Positions 11,856-22,016 of a stretch of DNA of 64,000 bases are shown here, one piece after another. The translations under genes were made by a program, and so were the position numbers. A model generated the notes under the pieces. That model saw only the letters and a list, made by a program, of their open reading frames with translations, did no database searches and was not told the origin of the DNA. The stretch is from positions 32,001 to 96,000 of the forward strand of contig CAWFKQ010000013.1 in the NCBI GenBank assembly GCA_963816395.1, given 5' to 3'. This DNA comes from an uncultured delta proteobacterium (GTDB lineage: Bacteria > Desulfobacterota > Desulfuromonadia > Desulfuromonadales > JACZKF01). Position 1 is the stretch's first letter; every line of letters begins with the position of its first letter.

Positions 11856-12009
11856 GTTTGGCTCCCTGGCGGATGAATGGGCCGTTTCAGCGGCCGGTCT
11901 CGTCTATATCTTTCGCTAATTCACATATTTGCGAAACTTCTCGGCCCCTTTATTGAATCCGGTAATTATATCCAGTTCACTTAAAATAAAAAGTAAAAAG
12001 TCAGATTTA

Positions 12010-12056
12010 AAAATATGAGGCACCGCCCCGAAAATGGAGCGGTGCCTGCAATTTTT
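12010..12056 (-). terminator. Probable terminator of the group 1 hydrogenase operon
   Basis: AGGCACCGC-C..G-GCGGTGCCT stem flanked by A/T runs. Confidence 0.5.
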
Positions 12057-12099
12057 GGCGAAAGGCTGGCCGTCGCTAACATCTCTGTCCCGCTGTCCT

Positions 12100-12573
12100 T
12101 CAGGCTGCTGCCGGCGGCGCCCCCCAGGCCGCGAGTTCGCGCGCTACCCCAGCCAGCGCCTGGGGGAGGGCGGCGGCCACCGCCGGGGTGAGCTCCAGCC
12201 CCACCTCGATGGAAGCCGGCTGCACTCCCCAGACGACCAGTTCCGCCGGCAGGTGCCCCTGCAGTTCGGCGACCGCCAACAGGTCCTGCACTCCCATCTG
12301 GTGTACCGACAGCTTGCCGGCGAAGGCACGCGGCACTTCCTCGCCGGTGAGGCGGAAAACGGTCCCTGGGGCCGCTCCCAGATCGACGGCATCGAGGATC
12401 AGCAGCCGTTCGATCCCCTCCAGTCGGGGCAGGAGGTCGAGTCCCAGCGTGCCGCCGTCCACCACCGCCACCGCCGGAGGAAAACGAAAACCGGCCAGTT
12501 CGGCCACCGCCCGGGGACCGAAGGCATCGTCGGTCATCAGGGTGTTGCCCAGGCCGAGGACGAGGATGCTCAC
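12100..12573 (-). CDS. hyaD: HyaD/HybD hydrogenase maturation endopeptidase
   Basis: LGLGNTLMTDDAFG, DGGTLGLDLL, SVHQ. Confidence 0.93.
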   Translation of the reverse strand: MSILVLGLGNTLMTDDAFGPRAVAELAGFRFPPAVAVVDGGTLGLDLLPRLEGIERLLILDAVDLGAAPGTVFRLTGEEVPRAFAGKLSVHQMGVQDLLAVAELQGHLPAELVVWGVQPASIEVGLELTPAVAAALPQALAGVARELAAWGAPPAAA

Positions 12574-13226
12574 CCGAGATCCTCCGGCTCCATGAATTTA
12601 TAGCCGCTGAAGATGCTGGACAAGGTGCCGTTTCGTTCCTTGATGTCCATCAGCCAGGCGCTGTAGATGTGGTGAATGGCGAAGCCGATCAGCAGCCACA
12701 TGACCAGATGGTGGGTCAGGCGCAGGCTCTGGTTGCCGAAGGCCGCCAGCAGCGGCCCGAAGAGCTGGTCCCAGAAGCCTCCCGGGGCGAATTGGGCGTA
12801 AAGGGCGAAACCGCTGGCGATCTGGACGAGAAACAGCAGAAAGACCGCCGAATAGGCCATGGCCGCCAGGGCGTTGTGACCGACCACGTAGGGAACCTTC
12901 TTTTTCAGAAAGGTGTAGTACTGAAAGGTCCCCAGCATGTTCTTTCTTCCCTGCCGGGTGGCCCAGGGCACGAAGGCGCGCCAGGAGGCGTGCCGGTTGC
13001 CGAGGAAGAACCAGAGAATGCGCGCCGCCACCGAGACGGTGAGCAGGTAGGCGAAGACGAAATGCAGGAAGCGGTTCCAGCCCATGACCCAATCGGCTGT
13101 CGCCGTGGCGATGATGAACGGATGGCCGATATAGAAGCCGGTGAAGGACAGGACCGCGAGGCTGAGCATGTTGATCCAGTGGGTCAACCGCACCGGCCAT
13201 TCCCAGACGTATTTTATTTCGAGCAT
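12570..13226 (-). CDS. hyaC: Ni/Fe-hydrogenase b-type cytochrome subunit
   Basis: YVWEWPVRLTHW, GHNALA, HHLVMW, HHIY, SSIFSGYK. Confidence 0.93.
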   Translation of the reverse strand: MLEIKYVWEWPVRLTHWINMLSLAVLSFTGFYIGHPFIIATATADWVMGWNRFLHFVFAYLLTVSVAARILWFFLGNRHASWRAFVPWATRQGRKNMLGTFQYYTFLKKKVPYVVGHNALAAMAYSAVFLLFLVQIASGFALYAQFAPGGFWDQLFGPLLAAFGNQSLRLTHHLVMWLLIGFAIHHIYSAWLMDIKERNGTLSSIFSGYKFMEPEDLG

Positions 13227-13242
13227 GGGACCTCCGAAATCC

Positions 13243-13323
13243 GTGATCAGTAATAAGTGATCAGTGATCTGTAAAGGCAAAACCTCACAAAATATTATTT
13301 TTTACTCATCACTCATTACGCCC
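13243..13323. repeat. 7-mer tandem/inverted microrepeat hairpin
   Basis: GTGATCA GTAATAA GTGATCA GTGATCT GTAAAGG ... TTACTCA TCACTCA TTACGCC. Confidence 0.75.
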
Positions 13324-13338
13324 TTTTGCCCCTCGCCT

Positions 13339-15051
13339 TTAAAGAACCTTGACCTTGACGATTTCCGTTCCCCGGCCGTCGAGCACGTGCACGGCGCAGG
13401 CCAGGCAGGGATCGAAGGAGTGGATGGTGCGCAGGATCTCCAGCGGCTTTTCCGCATCGGCGATCGGCGTGCCGACCAGGGCGGCCTCGTACGGTCCCGG
13501 CAGGCCGGCGGCGTCGCGCGGTCCGGCGTTCCAGGTGGAAGGAACCACCGCCTGGAAATTGGCGATCTTCTGGTCCTCGATGCGTATCCAGTGCCCCAGG
13601 GCGCCGCGCGGCGCCTCGTGGTAGCCGAAGCCGCGCGCCTCCTTCGGCCAGGTGGCCGGGTCCCACTTCTCGCCGTTGTGCACCTCGAGGATGCCGCGCT
13701 CCATGTTGTCGGTCAGCTGGTTCAGCCACAGCTCATTCTTCTGCGCCAGCAGCAGCGTCTCGATGCCGCGGGCGGCGGTGCGGCCGAGGGTGGAGAAGAG
13801 GACCTCCGGGCCGACCCCCAGCTTGCCCAGGACGAAGCCGACCGTATCGCGCACCTCCTGGTGCCCCCGGGCGTAGGCGACCACCATGCGGGCCAGGGGA
13901 CCGACCTCCATCGGCTGATCGAGATAGCGCGGCGCCTTCACCCAGCTGTACTTGCGGTCGGTATCGAGAAAATCGTAGGGGGGCATGGGGCCGGTGTAGC
14001 GGTGGCTGGTTTCCCCCTCATAGGGATGCAGCCCCTTCTGCTCGCCGCTGCTGTAGGTATACCAGGAGTGGGTGACGTATTCGGTGATCTTCTCCTGCTC
14101 CATCGGCTGGACGTTGGCCAGGTCCCTGGCCATGACCACGCCGCGCGGGAAATAGAAGCTGTCCACCGAGCCGCTGCTGTCCATGGGAAAGTCGCCGTAG
14201 ACGAGGAAGTTGCCGACCCCGCCGCCGATTCCCCCCCATTCCTTGTAGAAGGAGGCGACCGCCAGCAGGTCGGGGATGTAGACCTGCTCGACGAAGGTGC
14301 GCGCCTTGCGCAGCAGCTTGCCGATCAGGGCGAGTTTGTCGGCGTTGATGGCGTTCTGGCTGTCCGGGTCGACCGGAATCGCCATGCCGCCGACCAGAAA
14401 GGTCTGCGGGTGCGGGTTCTTGGAGCCGAGGATGGCATGGATGCGGATTATGTCCTTCTGCCATTCCAGAGCCTCGAGATAATGCGCCACCGCCATCAGG
14501 TTGGCTTCCGCCGGCAGCCGGTAGGCGCTGTGGCCCCAGTAGGCGTTCTGAAACGGACCGAGGCGGCCGGTGCCGGCGAAGGCCTTGACCCGCTCCTGCA
14601 CCTGCTTGAAATAGGTGGCGCTGTTGTTCGGCCAGTCGGAAAGCGACCGGGCGAGCTGCGCCGTCTTCGCCGGGTCGGCGCCGAGGGCGCTGACGATGTC
14701 CACCCAGTCGAGGGCGTGCAGGTGATAGAAGTGGATGACGTGGTCCTGGACGCTCTGGATGCCCATGATCAGGTTGCGGATCAGGCGGGCGTTGTCCGGC
14801 ACCTGGATGCCGAGGGCGTCCTCGACGCAGCGGATGCTGGCCATGGAGTGAACGGTGGTGCAGACGCCGCAGAAGCGCTGGGTGAAGTGATGGGCGTCGC
14901 GCGGGTCGCGCCCCTTCAGAATCGTCTCGATGCCGCGGAAGGCCGTGGAGGAACTCCAGGCGTTGCTGATGCGGCCGTTGTCGATCTGCGCCTCAATGCG
15001 CAGGTGCCCCTCGATGCGGGTGATCGGGTCGACGGCGATCTTCTTGCTCAT
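13339..15051 (-). CDS. hyaB: Membrane-bound group 1 [NiFe] hydrogenase large subunit
   Basis: DPITRIEGH, QRFCGVCTTVH, SFDPCLACAVH + C-terminal extension. Confidence 0.96.
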   Translation of the reverse strand: MSKKIAVDPITRIEGHLRIEAQIDNGRISNAWSSSTAFRGIETILKGRDPRDAHHFTQRFCGVCTTVHSMASIRCVEDALGIQVPDNARLIRNLIMGIQSVQDHVIHFYHLHALDWVDIVSALGADPAKTAQLARSLSDWPNNSATYFKQVQERVKAFAGTGRLGPFQNAYWGHSAYRLPAEANLMAVAHYLEALEWQKDIIRIHAILGSKNPHPQTFLVGGMAIPVDPDSQNAINADKLALIGKLLRKARTFVEQVYIPDLLAVASFYKEWGGIGGGVGNFLVYGDFPMDSSGSVDSFYFPRGVVMARDLANVQPMEQEKITEYVTHSWYTYSSGEQKGLHPYEGETSHRYTGPMPPYDFLDTDRKYSWVKAPRYLDQPMEVGPLARMVVAYARGHQEVRDTVGFVLGKLGVGPEVLFSTLGRTAARGIETLLLAQKNELWLNQLTDNMERGILEVHNGEKWDPATWPKEARGFGYHEAPRGALGHWIRIEDQKIANFQAVVPSTWNAGPRDAAGLPGPYEAALVGTPIADAEKPLEILRTIHSFDPCLACAVHVLDGRGTEIVKVKVL

Positions 15052-15055
15052 CGGC

Positions 15056-16177
15056 TTATTCCTCCTCTTTCACCTGGTCGGATTTGCTCGCGTCGCCGCG
15101 GCGAAAGGCGCTGGCCACCCCGTGCGCCCCGAAGGCAACGGCGGTGGCGGCGGCCAGCCCGAGGCCGATCTTGTCGGCGGTGCTCTCGATGCCGAAGCCG
15201 GGGACCACGGCCAGCCGCCGGTAGAAGGGGCTCATGGTGTCCCAGAAAGCCGGCTCGGCGCAGCCGATGCAGCCGTGGCCGGCCATCACCGGCCAGCTCG
15301 TCCCCTCGTTGTAGCGCACCGTCGGGCAGTTGTGGAAGGTCTCCGGCCCCTTGCAGCCCAGCTTGTACAGGCACCACCCCTGGCGGTGGCCGGGATCGCC
15401 GAAGGCCTCGGCGTACTGGCCGGCGTCGAAATGGGCGCGCCGCTCGCAGTTGTCATGGATGCGCTTGCCGTAGGCGAACTTCGGCCGACCCAGGGCGTCG
15501 GTGGCCGGCAGCCGGCCGAAGGTGAGGAAATGCACGATGACCGCCGTCAGGTTCTCGGCGTTGAGCGGGCAGCCCGGCAGGTTGATGACGGTGGCACCGG
15601 GGACCGCCTTGCTGATCGACACCGCCCCGGTGGGGTTGGGGGCGGCCGCCGGAAGCCCGCCGAAGGAGGCGCAGGCGCCGACGGCAATGGTCGCGGCGGC
15701 GTTGCCGCACACCTTCCTGGCGATGTTCAGGGCGCTGTCGCCGCCGATGGTGCAGTAGATGCCGCCATCAGCGGTCGGGATGGCCCCCTCCACCACGGCG
15801 ATGTACTTCCCCTTGTATTTCTCCACCGCATCCCACTTGGCCTTTTCCGCCTGGTGGCCCGCCGCCGCCATGATCGTCTCGTTGTATTCCAGGGAGAGAT
15901 AATCGAGGATCAGCTCGGCCGCTGTCGGCTGATTGGCGCGCAGCAGCGCCTCGGTGTCGCCGGTGCACCCCTGGAACTCCATCCAGATCACCGGCGGCCG
16001 CTGATCGTTCTCCAGCGCCTGGGCGATCTTCGGGATGAAACTGACGGGCAGGGCCAGGGAGGCGGTCATCGCCGAGCAGAACTTCATGAAATCCCGCCGG
16101 TTGACGCCGCGGGCCTCCCATCGCTGCAGGACATCTTCCGGCAGGTTGACGGAGGGCAGGGCCGGATCGGTTTTCAT
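15056..16177 (-). CDS. hyaA: Group 1 [NiFe] hydrogenase small subunit, Tat-exported, C-terminal membrane anchor
   Basis: RRDFMKFC Tat motif, GACASFGG, PGCP, IHDNCERR, CLYKLGCKGP, GHGCIGC. Confidence 0.96.
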   Translation of the reverse strand: MKTDPALPSVNLPEDVLQRWEARGVNRRDFMKFCSAMTASLALPVSFIPKIAQALENDQRPPVIWMEFQGCTGDTEALLRANQPTAAELILDYLSLEYNETIMAAAGHQAEKAKWDAVEKYKGKYIAVVEGAIPTADGGIYCTIGGDSALNIARKVCGNAAATIAVGACASFGGLPAAAPNPTGAVSISKAVPGATVINLPGCPLNAENLTAVIVHFLTFGRLPATDALGRPKFAYGKRIHDNCERRAHFDAGQYAEAFGDPGHRQGWCLYKLGCKGPETFHNCPTVRYNEGTSWPVMAGHGCIGCAEPAFWDTMSPFYRRLAVVPGFGIESTADKIGLGLAAATAVAFGAHGVASAFRRGDASKSDQVKEEE

Positions 16178-16334
16178 TGCATTCGCCTCCTTTTTCCGAT
16201 GCGGAAAAAACGTTTTATTCCAGTAAAAATCCTGACGATCTTGCTCCCCGCGAAGAAGGCCGCTTCGGGGTGGACTATAACGATGTTAAATAAATGGCGG
16301 AAGGCACTCTGTCAAGGGGTTTTTCACACAATGG

Positions 16335-16375
16335 CGTATACATTATGCGATAAAGCGCAGTCTGTAATGTATACG
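16335..16375. promoter_or_regulatory. Perfect 11-bp inverted repeat (candidate operator) between hydrogenase operon and archease/rtcB cluster
   Basis: CGTATACATTA-N19-TAATGTATACG. Confidence 0.55.
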
Positions 16376-16479
16376 GCACAACAGGCGTTTCGCCCTTCCC
16401 CGGGCGCCCCGGCGAATGGTGCTATACTGAAAAAAAAGACCTGCCGAAAGGAGATTCAGCCGCGAAGGGAGGACATTTC

Positions 16480-17029
16480 ATGCCCAGCAAAAGAGATCAG
16501 AACATGGACCGCAGTCCGCGCAAATTCGACATCGATCCGAATACGCAACGGGGCCGCAACAGGCGCAACATCGACCCCTATGTTCATGGATGAGGGTCTG
16601 CCCGAGCCCGCGGTCTGCACCGTCTGCCATGCCATCTACCGCAACAAGCGCTGGTACATGAAGGAAAAGGAATACGTGGAGGTCCGACAGGACGAAACGG
16701 TCAATGAAGTGGTCTGCCCGGCCTGCCGGAAAATGGAGGAGCTGTATCCGGAGGGTGTCGTCACCCTGCGCGGCGATTACCTCTGGCAGCACGAGGAGGA
16801 AATCCTCAATATCATCCGCAATACCGAGAACACCGCCATGGCCAAGAACCCCCTGGAACGCATCATGCGCATTCAGCCCGAGGGGGATGCCATGGTGATC
16901 GAGACGACTGAGGAGAAGCTGGCCGAACATATCGGCCGGGCTCTCAACAAGGCGCACCAGGGGCATCTGGATATCGACTGGAGCGACGACCATTCCCTCT
17001 GCCGGGTCACCTGGGAAAGGAGAGAGTGA
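16480..17029 (+). CDS. BCAM0308-family Zn-ribbon protein (frameshift near 16580)
   Basis: RBS GGAGG, ATG 16480; DPY then CTVCHAIY..KRW, VCPACRK, HPLERIM-like NPLERIM, TTEEKLAEHIGRAL, RVTWER. Confidence 0.7.
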
Positions 17030-17036
17030 GCCGGGG

Positions 17037-17454
17037 ATGGGGAGCTTCCGCCTGATCGAGCACACCGCCGACATGGGCATCGAAGTGCACGGCGACGACC
17101 TGGCGGACTTCTTCGTCCAGGCGGCGCGGGGATTGAAGGAGATGGTTTCGGCAACGGCCGGCGCCGACCCCCAGCGAAGAGCGGATGGTGGAGGTGACGG
17201 GCGGCGACAGCAGCGAACTGCTGGTCAACTGGCTGAACGAGATCCTCTTTCTCTTCGAGACCCGGGGATTCTTCCCGATCGATTTCCGGGTAGAGGAGGC
17301 CGGGGAGGATCATCTGCGGGCGCGGGTCCTGGGGGAGCCTTTCGATCCGCGGCGCCACCGGGTGGAACGGGAAGTGAAGGCGGTCACCTACCATCAACTG
17401 CAGGTGGAGCCGGTCGACGGCGCCTGGCGGGCCCGGGTCTTTGTAGACTTGTAA
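17037..17454 (+). CDS. Archease (frameshift near 17175)
   Basis: IEHTADMGIEV, LLVNWLNEILFL, EVKAVTYH, VFVDL C-terminus. Confidence 0.92.
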
Positions 17455-17459
17455 AGACG

Positions 17460-17538
17460 GTGAGATAGCGAGGTAGCGAGATAGTTACACTCAAGGAATG
17501 ATTTCTATCTCGCTATCTCCCTACTTCACTACCTCACT
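17460..17538. repeat. 8-mer tandem/inverted microrepeat hairpin between archease and rtcB
   Basis: GTGAGATA GCGAGGTA GCGAGATA ... CTATCTCG CTATCTCC CTACTTCA CTACCTCA. Confidence 0.8.
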
Positions 17539-17548
17539 GGTTATTACC

Positions 17549-18995
17549 ATGTCCGTGAAAGTCGAAAAAATCGACGCCTGCCGCTGGCGCATCCCCCGGC
17601 AAGGGAAGATGCGCACGGAAGGGCTGGTTTTCGCCAGCGACCGGATGATGACGGCGATCCGCGAGGAGCAGGCCCTGCAGCAGGTGGCCAATGTCGCCAC
17701 CCTGCCGGGGATCGTCGGCCCGTCGATCGCCATGCCGGACATTCACTGGGGCTACGGCTTTCCCATCGGCGGGGTGGCCGCCTTCGATCCCGAGGAGGGG
17801 GTGGTTTCCCCCGGCGGCGTCGGCTACGACATCAACTGCGGGGTGCGCCTGCTGCGCTCCGAATTGACCGCCGAGGAGATCCGTCCCCGGCTCAAGGAAC
17901 TGGCCGACACCCTGTTCCGCAACGTTCCTTCGGGGGTCGGCTCGCACCGGCGCGACCTGCGCCTCAACCTCGCCGGAAGAGCGCCGGGTCCTGGCGCAGG
18001 GGGCGCGCTGGGCGGTGGAACAGGGCTACGGCACGGCGGGCGATCTGGCAGCACATCGAGGAAGGGGGAAGACTGCCCGGGGCCGATCCGGAGGTGATCT
18101 CGGAGCGGGCGCTGGAGCGGGGGCGGGCGCAGCTCGGCACCCTCGGCTCGGGCAACCATTTTCTCGAGGTGCAGATGGTGGAGGACGATCGGCGATGAGA
18201 CGGCGGCCCGGGTCCTGGGCCTGTTCCCCGGCCAGGTGACGGTCACCATCCACACCGGCAGCCGCGGCCTGGGCTACCAGATCTGCGACGACTACATCCG
18301 GGTCATGCGCCAGGCGAGCCGCAAATACGGCATCGAGCTGCCCGATCCGCAGCTGTGCAGCGCCCCCCTGACCAGCCCGGAGGGGCGGGAGTACCTGGCG
18401 GCGATGGCCTGCGCCGCCAACTTCGCCTTCGCCAACCGGCAGCTGATCACCCACTGGGTGCGCGAGTCCTTCGAGCAGATCACCGGCCGGGGAGCGGCCG
18501 ATCTGCGGCTGAACGTCATCTACGACGTCTGCCACAATATCGCCAAATTCGAGAATCATCTCTTCCAGGGCCGCCAGCGCCGTCTCTGCGTGCACCGCAA
18601 AGGGGCCACCCGCGCCTTTCCCCCCGGCCACCCGGAAACCCCCGAGGCTTACCGGGAGATCGGCCAGCCGGTGCTGATTCCCGGCGACATGGGGCGCTAC
18701 TCCTATGTCCTGGTGGGGACGCGCGGCGCCTACGAGGAGACCTTCGGCTCCACCTGCCACGGCGCCGGCCGGGTCCTCTCCCGGCACGCCGCCAAGAAGC
18801 TGGCGCGCGGGCAGAACATTCTGGCCGACCTGGCGGCCCGGGGGATCGTGGTGCGCGCCGCCGGCATGGCGACGGTGGCGGAGGAGATCTCCGAGGCCTA
18901 CAAGGACGTGATGGAGGTGGTCGGGGTGGTCGCAGCAGGCGGGGATCGGCAAAATCGTCGCCCGCCTGCGGCCGCTGGCGGTGATAAAAGGCTAA
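17549..18995 (+). CDS. rtcB: RtcB RNA ligase, archaeal/eukaryotic-like long form (several frameshifts)
   Basis: [75 protein letters not shown]. Confidence 0.95.
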
Positions 18996-19067
18996 TTTTG
19001 AATGCTGAATTTTGAATTTTGAATCAGGAAACACCAATTCAGAATTAAGAATTCAAAATTAGAAATT
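18996..19067. repeat. 7-mer tandem/inverted AT-rich microrepeat hairpin after rtcB
   Basis: TTTTGAA TGCTGAA TTTTGAA TTTTGAA ... ATTCAGA ATTAAGA ATTCAAA ATTAGAA. Confidence 0.85.
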
Positions 19068-19089
19068 GCCTGCAACTTGAGGTGCTATC

Positions 19090-20003
19090 ATGCGCGTGTT
19101 TCTCACCGGCGGTACCGGATTTGTCGGCAGCGAAGTTCTCCGGCAGCTCACCGAGGCCGGTCATGAGGTGCGGGCGCTGGTGCGCCCCGGTTCGGAGGGA
19201 AAACTGGCCATTCACAACGGCGTGGAGGTGCAGCGGGGGGATGTCACCCAGCCGGAGACACTGCAGGGCGCCCTGAGCGGCTGCCAGGCGGTGATCAACC
19301 TGGTGGGGATCATCCGGGAGTACCCGGCCAAGGGGATCACCTTTCAGCGCCTGCATGTCGCGGGGACCCGCAACCTGCTGGCGGCAGCCGGGGCGCAGGG
19401 GGTGCGGCGCTATCTGCAGATGAGCGCCAACGGCACCCGGGAGAATGCCGATTCGGCCTATCACCGGACCAAGTGGCTGGCCGAAGAGGCGGTGCGCGCC
19501 TCCCGCCTCGACTGGACGATCTTTCGCCCCTCGCTGATCTTTGGTCCGGGCAGCGAGTTCGTGGAGATGCTCGCCGGCCTGGTGCGGCGGCTGCCGATCG
19601 TGCCGGTGATCGGCGACGGCCAGTACCGGATGTCGCCGGTGGCGGTCGAGGATGTCGCCGCCAGCTTTGCCCGCGCTCTCGAGCAGCCGGCGGCAGTGCG
19701 GCAGACCTATCACTGCTGCGGCCCCACCGCCTACACCTACGACGAGGTGCTCGACCTGGTCGGGGCCGGCCTGCGGGCGCAAATGGGTGCCGAAGCTGCA
19801 CCAGCCGGTTTTCCTGGTGCGGCCGATTGTTGCCCTCTTCGACTCCCTTCCCCCGCTTTCCCATCAGCCGCGCCCAGCTGTCCATGCTGCTGGAGGGGAA
19901 CGTCTGCGACCCCCGCCCCTGGTCCGCGGCCTTCGGCCTCACGCCCCGGCCATTCCCGGACGGCTTGCCGCAGATTCTGAAAAAGCCGGGTGGCCGGAAA
20001 TGA
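19090..20003 (+). CDS. NAD-dependent epimerase/dehydratase, complex I NDUFA9-like SDR (3' frameshifts)
   Basis: TGGTGFVG, INLVGII, YHRTKWLAE, FRPSLIFGPG. Confidence 0.9.
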
Positions 20004-20046
20004 GCCGCCGGCGAACCCTAATGGCCAACAAACCCGGAACTGCAAT

Positions 20047-20150
20047 TAGCCACGGATAAGATCTGATTAACCTTTGGGTTGTTGATTCTATTCTTCAAGT
20101 CCTTGAAAATCCGAATTGATCAGATTTGATCCGTGTGCACATGCATTTTT
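20047..20150. repeat. AT-rich palindromic element; both halves recur inside the histidine-kinase remnant at 56983 and 57447
   Basis: CACGGATAAGATCTGAT...ATCAGATTTGATCCGTG hairpin with internal TTCAAGTCCTTGAA. Confidence 0.7.
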
Positions 20151-20165
20151 CCAGAATAAACGTAA

Positions 20166-21868
20166 TCAGCCCGGCGGCGGCCCCGTCTCCAGCTCGAAGG
20201 GCCAGCCGAGAATTCCCCCTTCCATGTAGCGCACATCGGCAAACCCCGCCGCCGCCAGGATACGCTGGGCCTCGTAGCCGCGCAGGCTGAGCTTGCAGAA
20301 GGGGATGACGGGGCGCTCCTTCGGCAGCTCATGGAGCTTTTCCCGCAGGGCGCCGAGGGGGAGCAGGGTGGCGCCGGGGATGCGCACCTCGGCGTATTCG
20401 GCCGGCGAGCGCACGTCGAGGAAGAGAAAGTCGCGCCCTTCCTGCCGCATTTCCCGCACCTGCACCGGATCGAGGCTGCAGCCGAGGCCATCGAGCTTGT
20501 TGCGCAGGGCGTTGGCGGCCTGGTGCAGGGGATCCATGGCGGCGGAGTAGGGGGGCGCGTAGGTGAGGTCGAGCTGGGCCAGCTGGTCGACCGTCGCCCC
20601 CAGGGTGAGGACGGGAACCAGGGTATCGATGCGCTTGTCGACGTCTCCGGGGCCGACGATCTGGGCGCCGAGCAGCCGGCGGCTGGCGCGGTCGGCGATC
20701 AGGCGAATCACCACCGGCTTGGCGCCCGGGTAGAGGTGGGTGCGGTCGGGGGAGGGGACGAGGATGGAGACCGGGTCGAAACCGGTCAGGCGGGCATCCT
20801 CCCAGGAGAGGCCGCTGCGGGCGACGGTGAGATCGAAGACCTTGACGATCAGGGAGCCGAGGACCCCCGGGAAGCGTTCGCCGCGGCCGGCGATGTTGTC
20901 GGCGACCACCCGCCCGTGCTTGTTGGCGGTGGAGCCGAGGGGGACATAGACCGGGCGGCCGGTGAGCAGGTCGGTGCTCTCGGCGCAGTCGCCGGCGGCA
21001 TAGATCGCCGGATCGGAGGTGCGCAGGCAGGCATCGACGGCAATGGCGCCGGTGGGGCCGAGCTTCAGCCCGGCGGCGGCGGCCAGGGAGACTTCCGGGC
21101 GCACGCCGACCGCCATGATCACCAGGTCGGCCGGGTAGCTGGCCGCCGGCCGTGACCACCCGCCGCACCCGCCCGTTCTCTCCCTCCAGGCGCTGCACCG
21201 GCTCTCCCAGGCGCAGTTGCACCCCGTTGCGGCGCAGCTCCCGGTGCACCAGGGCGGCCATGCCGAAATCGAGGGCGCTGGCCAGCACCTGGTCCTTCAT
21301 CTCCACCAGGGTCACCGCCAGGCCGCGCCGCACCAGGGCCTCGGCCATCTCCAGGCCGATCAGGCCGCCGCCGACGATGACCGCCGTCTTCGCGCTGCCC
21401 AGCTCCGCCGGCGATCGCCGCCGCATCCTCCATCCCCTTCAGCGGCTGCACCCCGGCCAGCTCGATCCCCGGCACCGGCGGCAGGATGGGCCGGTTGCCG
21501 GTGGCCAGCACCAGGGCGTCGTAGGGGAGGTCCGTCTCGCTGCCGTCGGCCAGATTGCGTGTGCGTACCATCCTGCTTTCCCGGTCGATGGCCAGCGCCT
21601 CGGTGCGGGTGCGCACCTCCACCCCCTTCACTTTGCGGAAAAATGCCTCATCGCGCAGGGCCCCGGCCGGGGTGCGGCGCACCTCGTCGAGGTCGGGGAA
21701 GAGCCCCTGCAGGTAATAGGGGAGGGCGCAGGCGCCGTAGGACACCTTTTCCCCCCGTTCGAGGACCGTGATCCGCGCCGCCGGATCGAGCCGGCGCAGG
21801 CGGGAGGCCGCCTTCATCCCGGCGGCCACGCCGCCGACGATCACCACGCGTTTGCCGTTTCGTTCCAT
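20166..21868 (-). CDS. FAD-dependent CoA-disulfide/persulfide reductase with C-terminal rhodanese domain (frameshifts near 21415 and 21135)
   Basis: GGVAAG, SYGACALPY redox Cys, GGGLIGLEMAE, YAAGDC, YAPPYS, rhodanese DVRSPAEY..FCKLSLRGY. Confidence 0.9.
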
Positions 21869-21910
21869 ACGTCTGCCTTCCTTTCCCTCGTGTCTACACC
21901 ACAGAAGACC

Positions 21911-21938
21911 ATGTTAATTCCAAGTATTCAAATGTCAA
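21911..21938 (-). promoter_or_regulatory. Sigma70-type promoter for the reductase
   Basis: TTGACA-N16-TAACAT on minus strand. Confidence 0.5.
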
Positions 21939-22016
21939 TATATTTATTCCCCTGCCGCCGCCTTTCCTTTTTTCCCCGCTTCCCCTATAATTCCGCCTTT
22001 CCGCCAAGGAGTCCCG

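Noticed and set aside
13339..16177. [NiFeSe] or O2-tolerant 6-Cys hydrogenase
   Set aside because: L2 is DPCLAC with no TGA; the small subunit lacks the two supernumerary cysteines.
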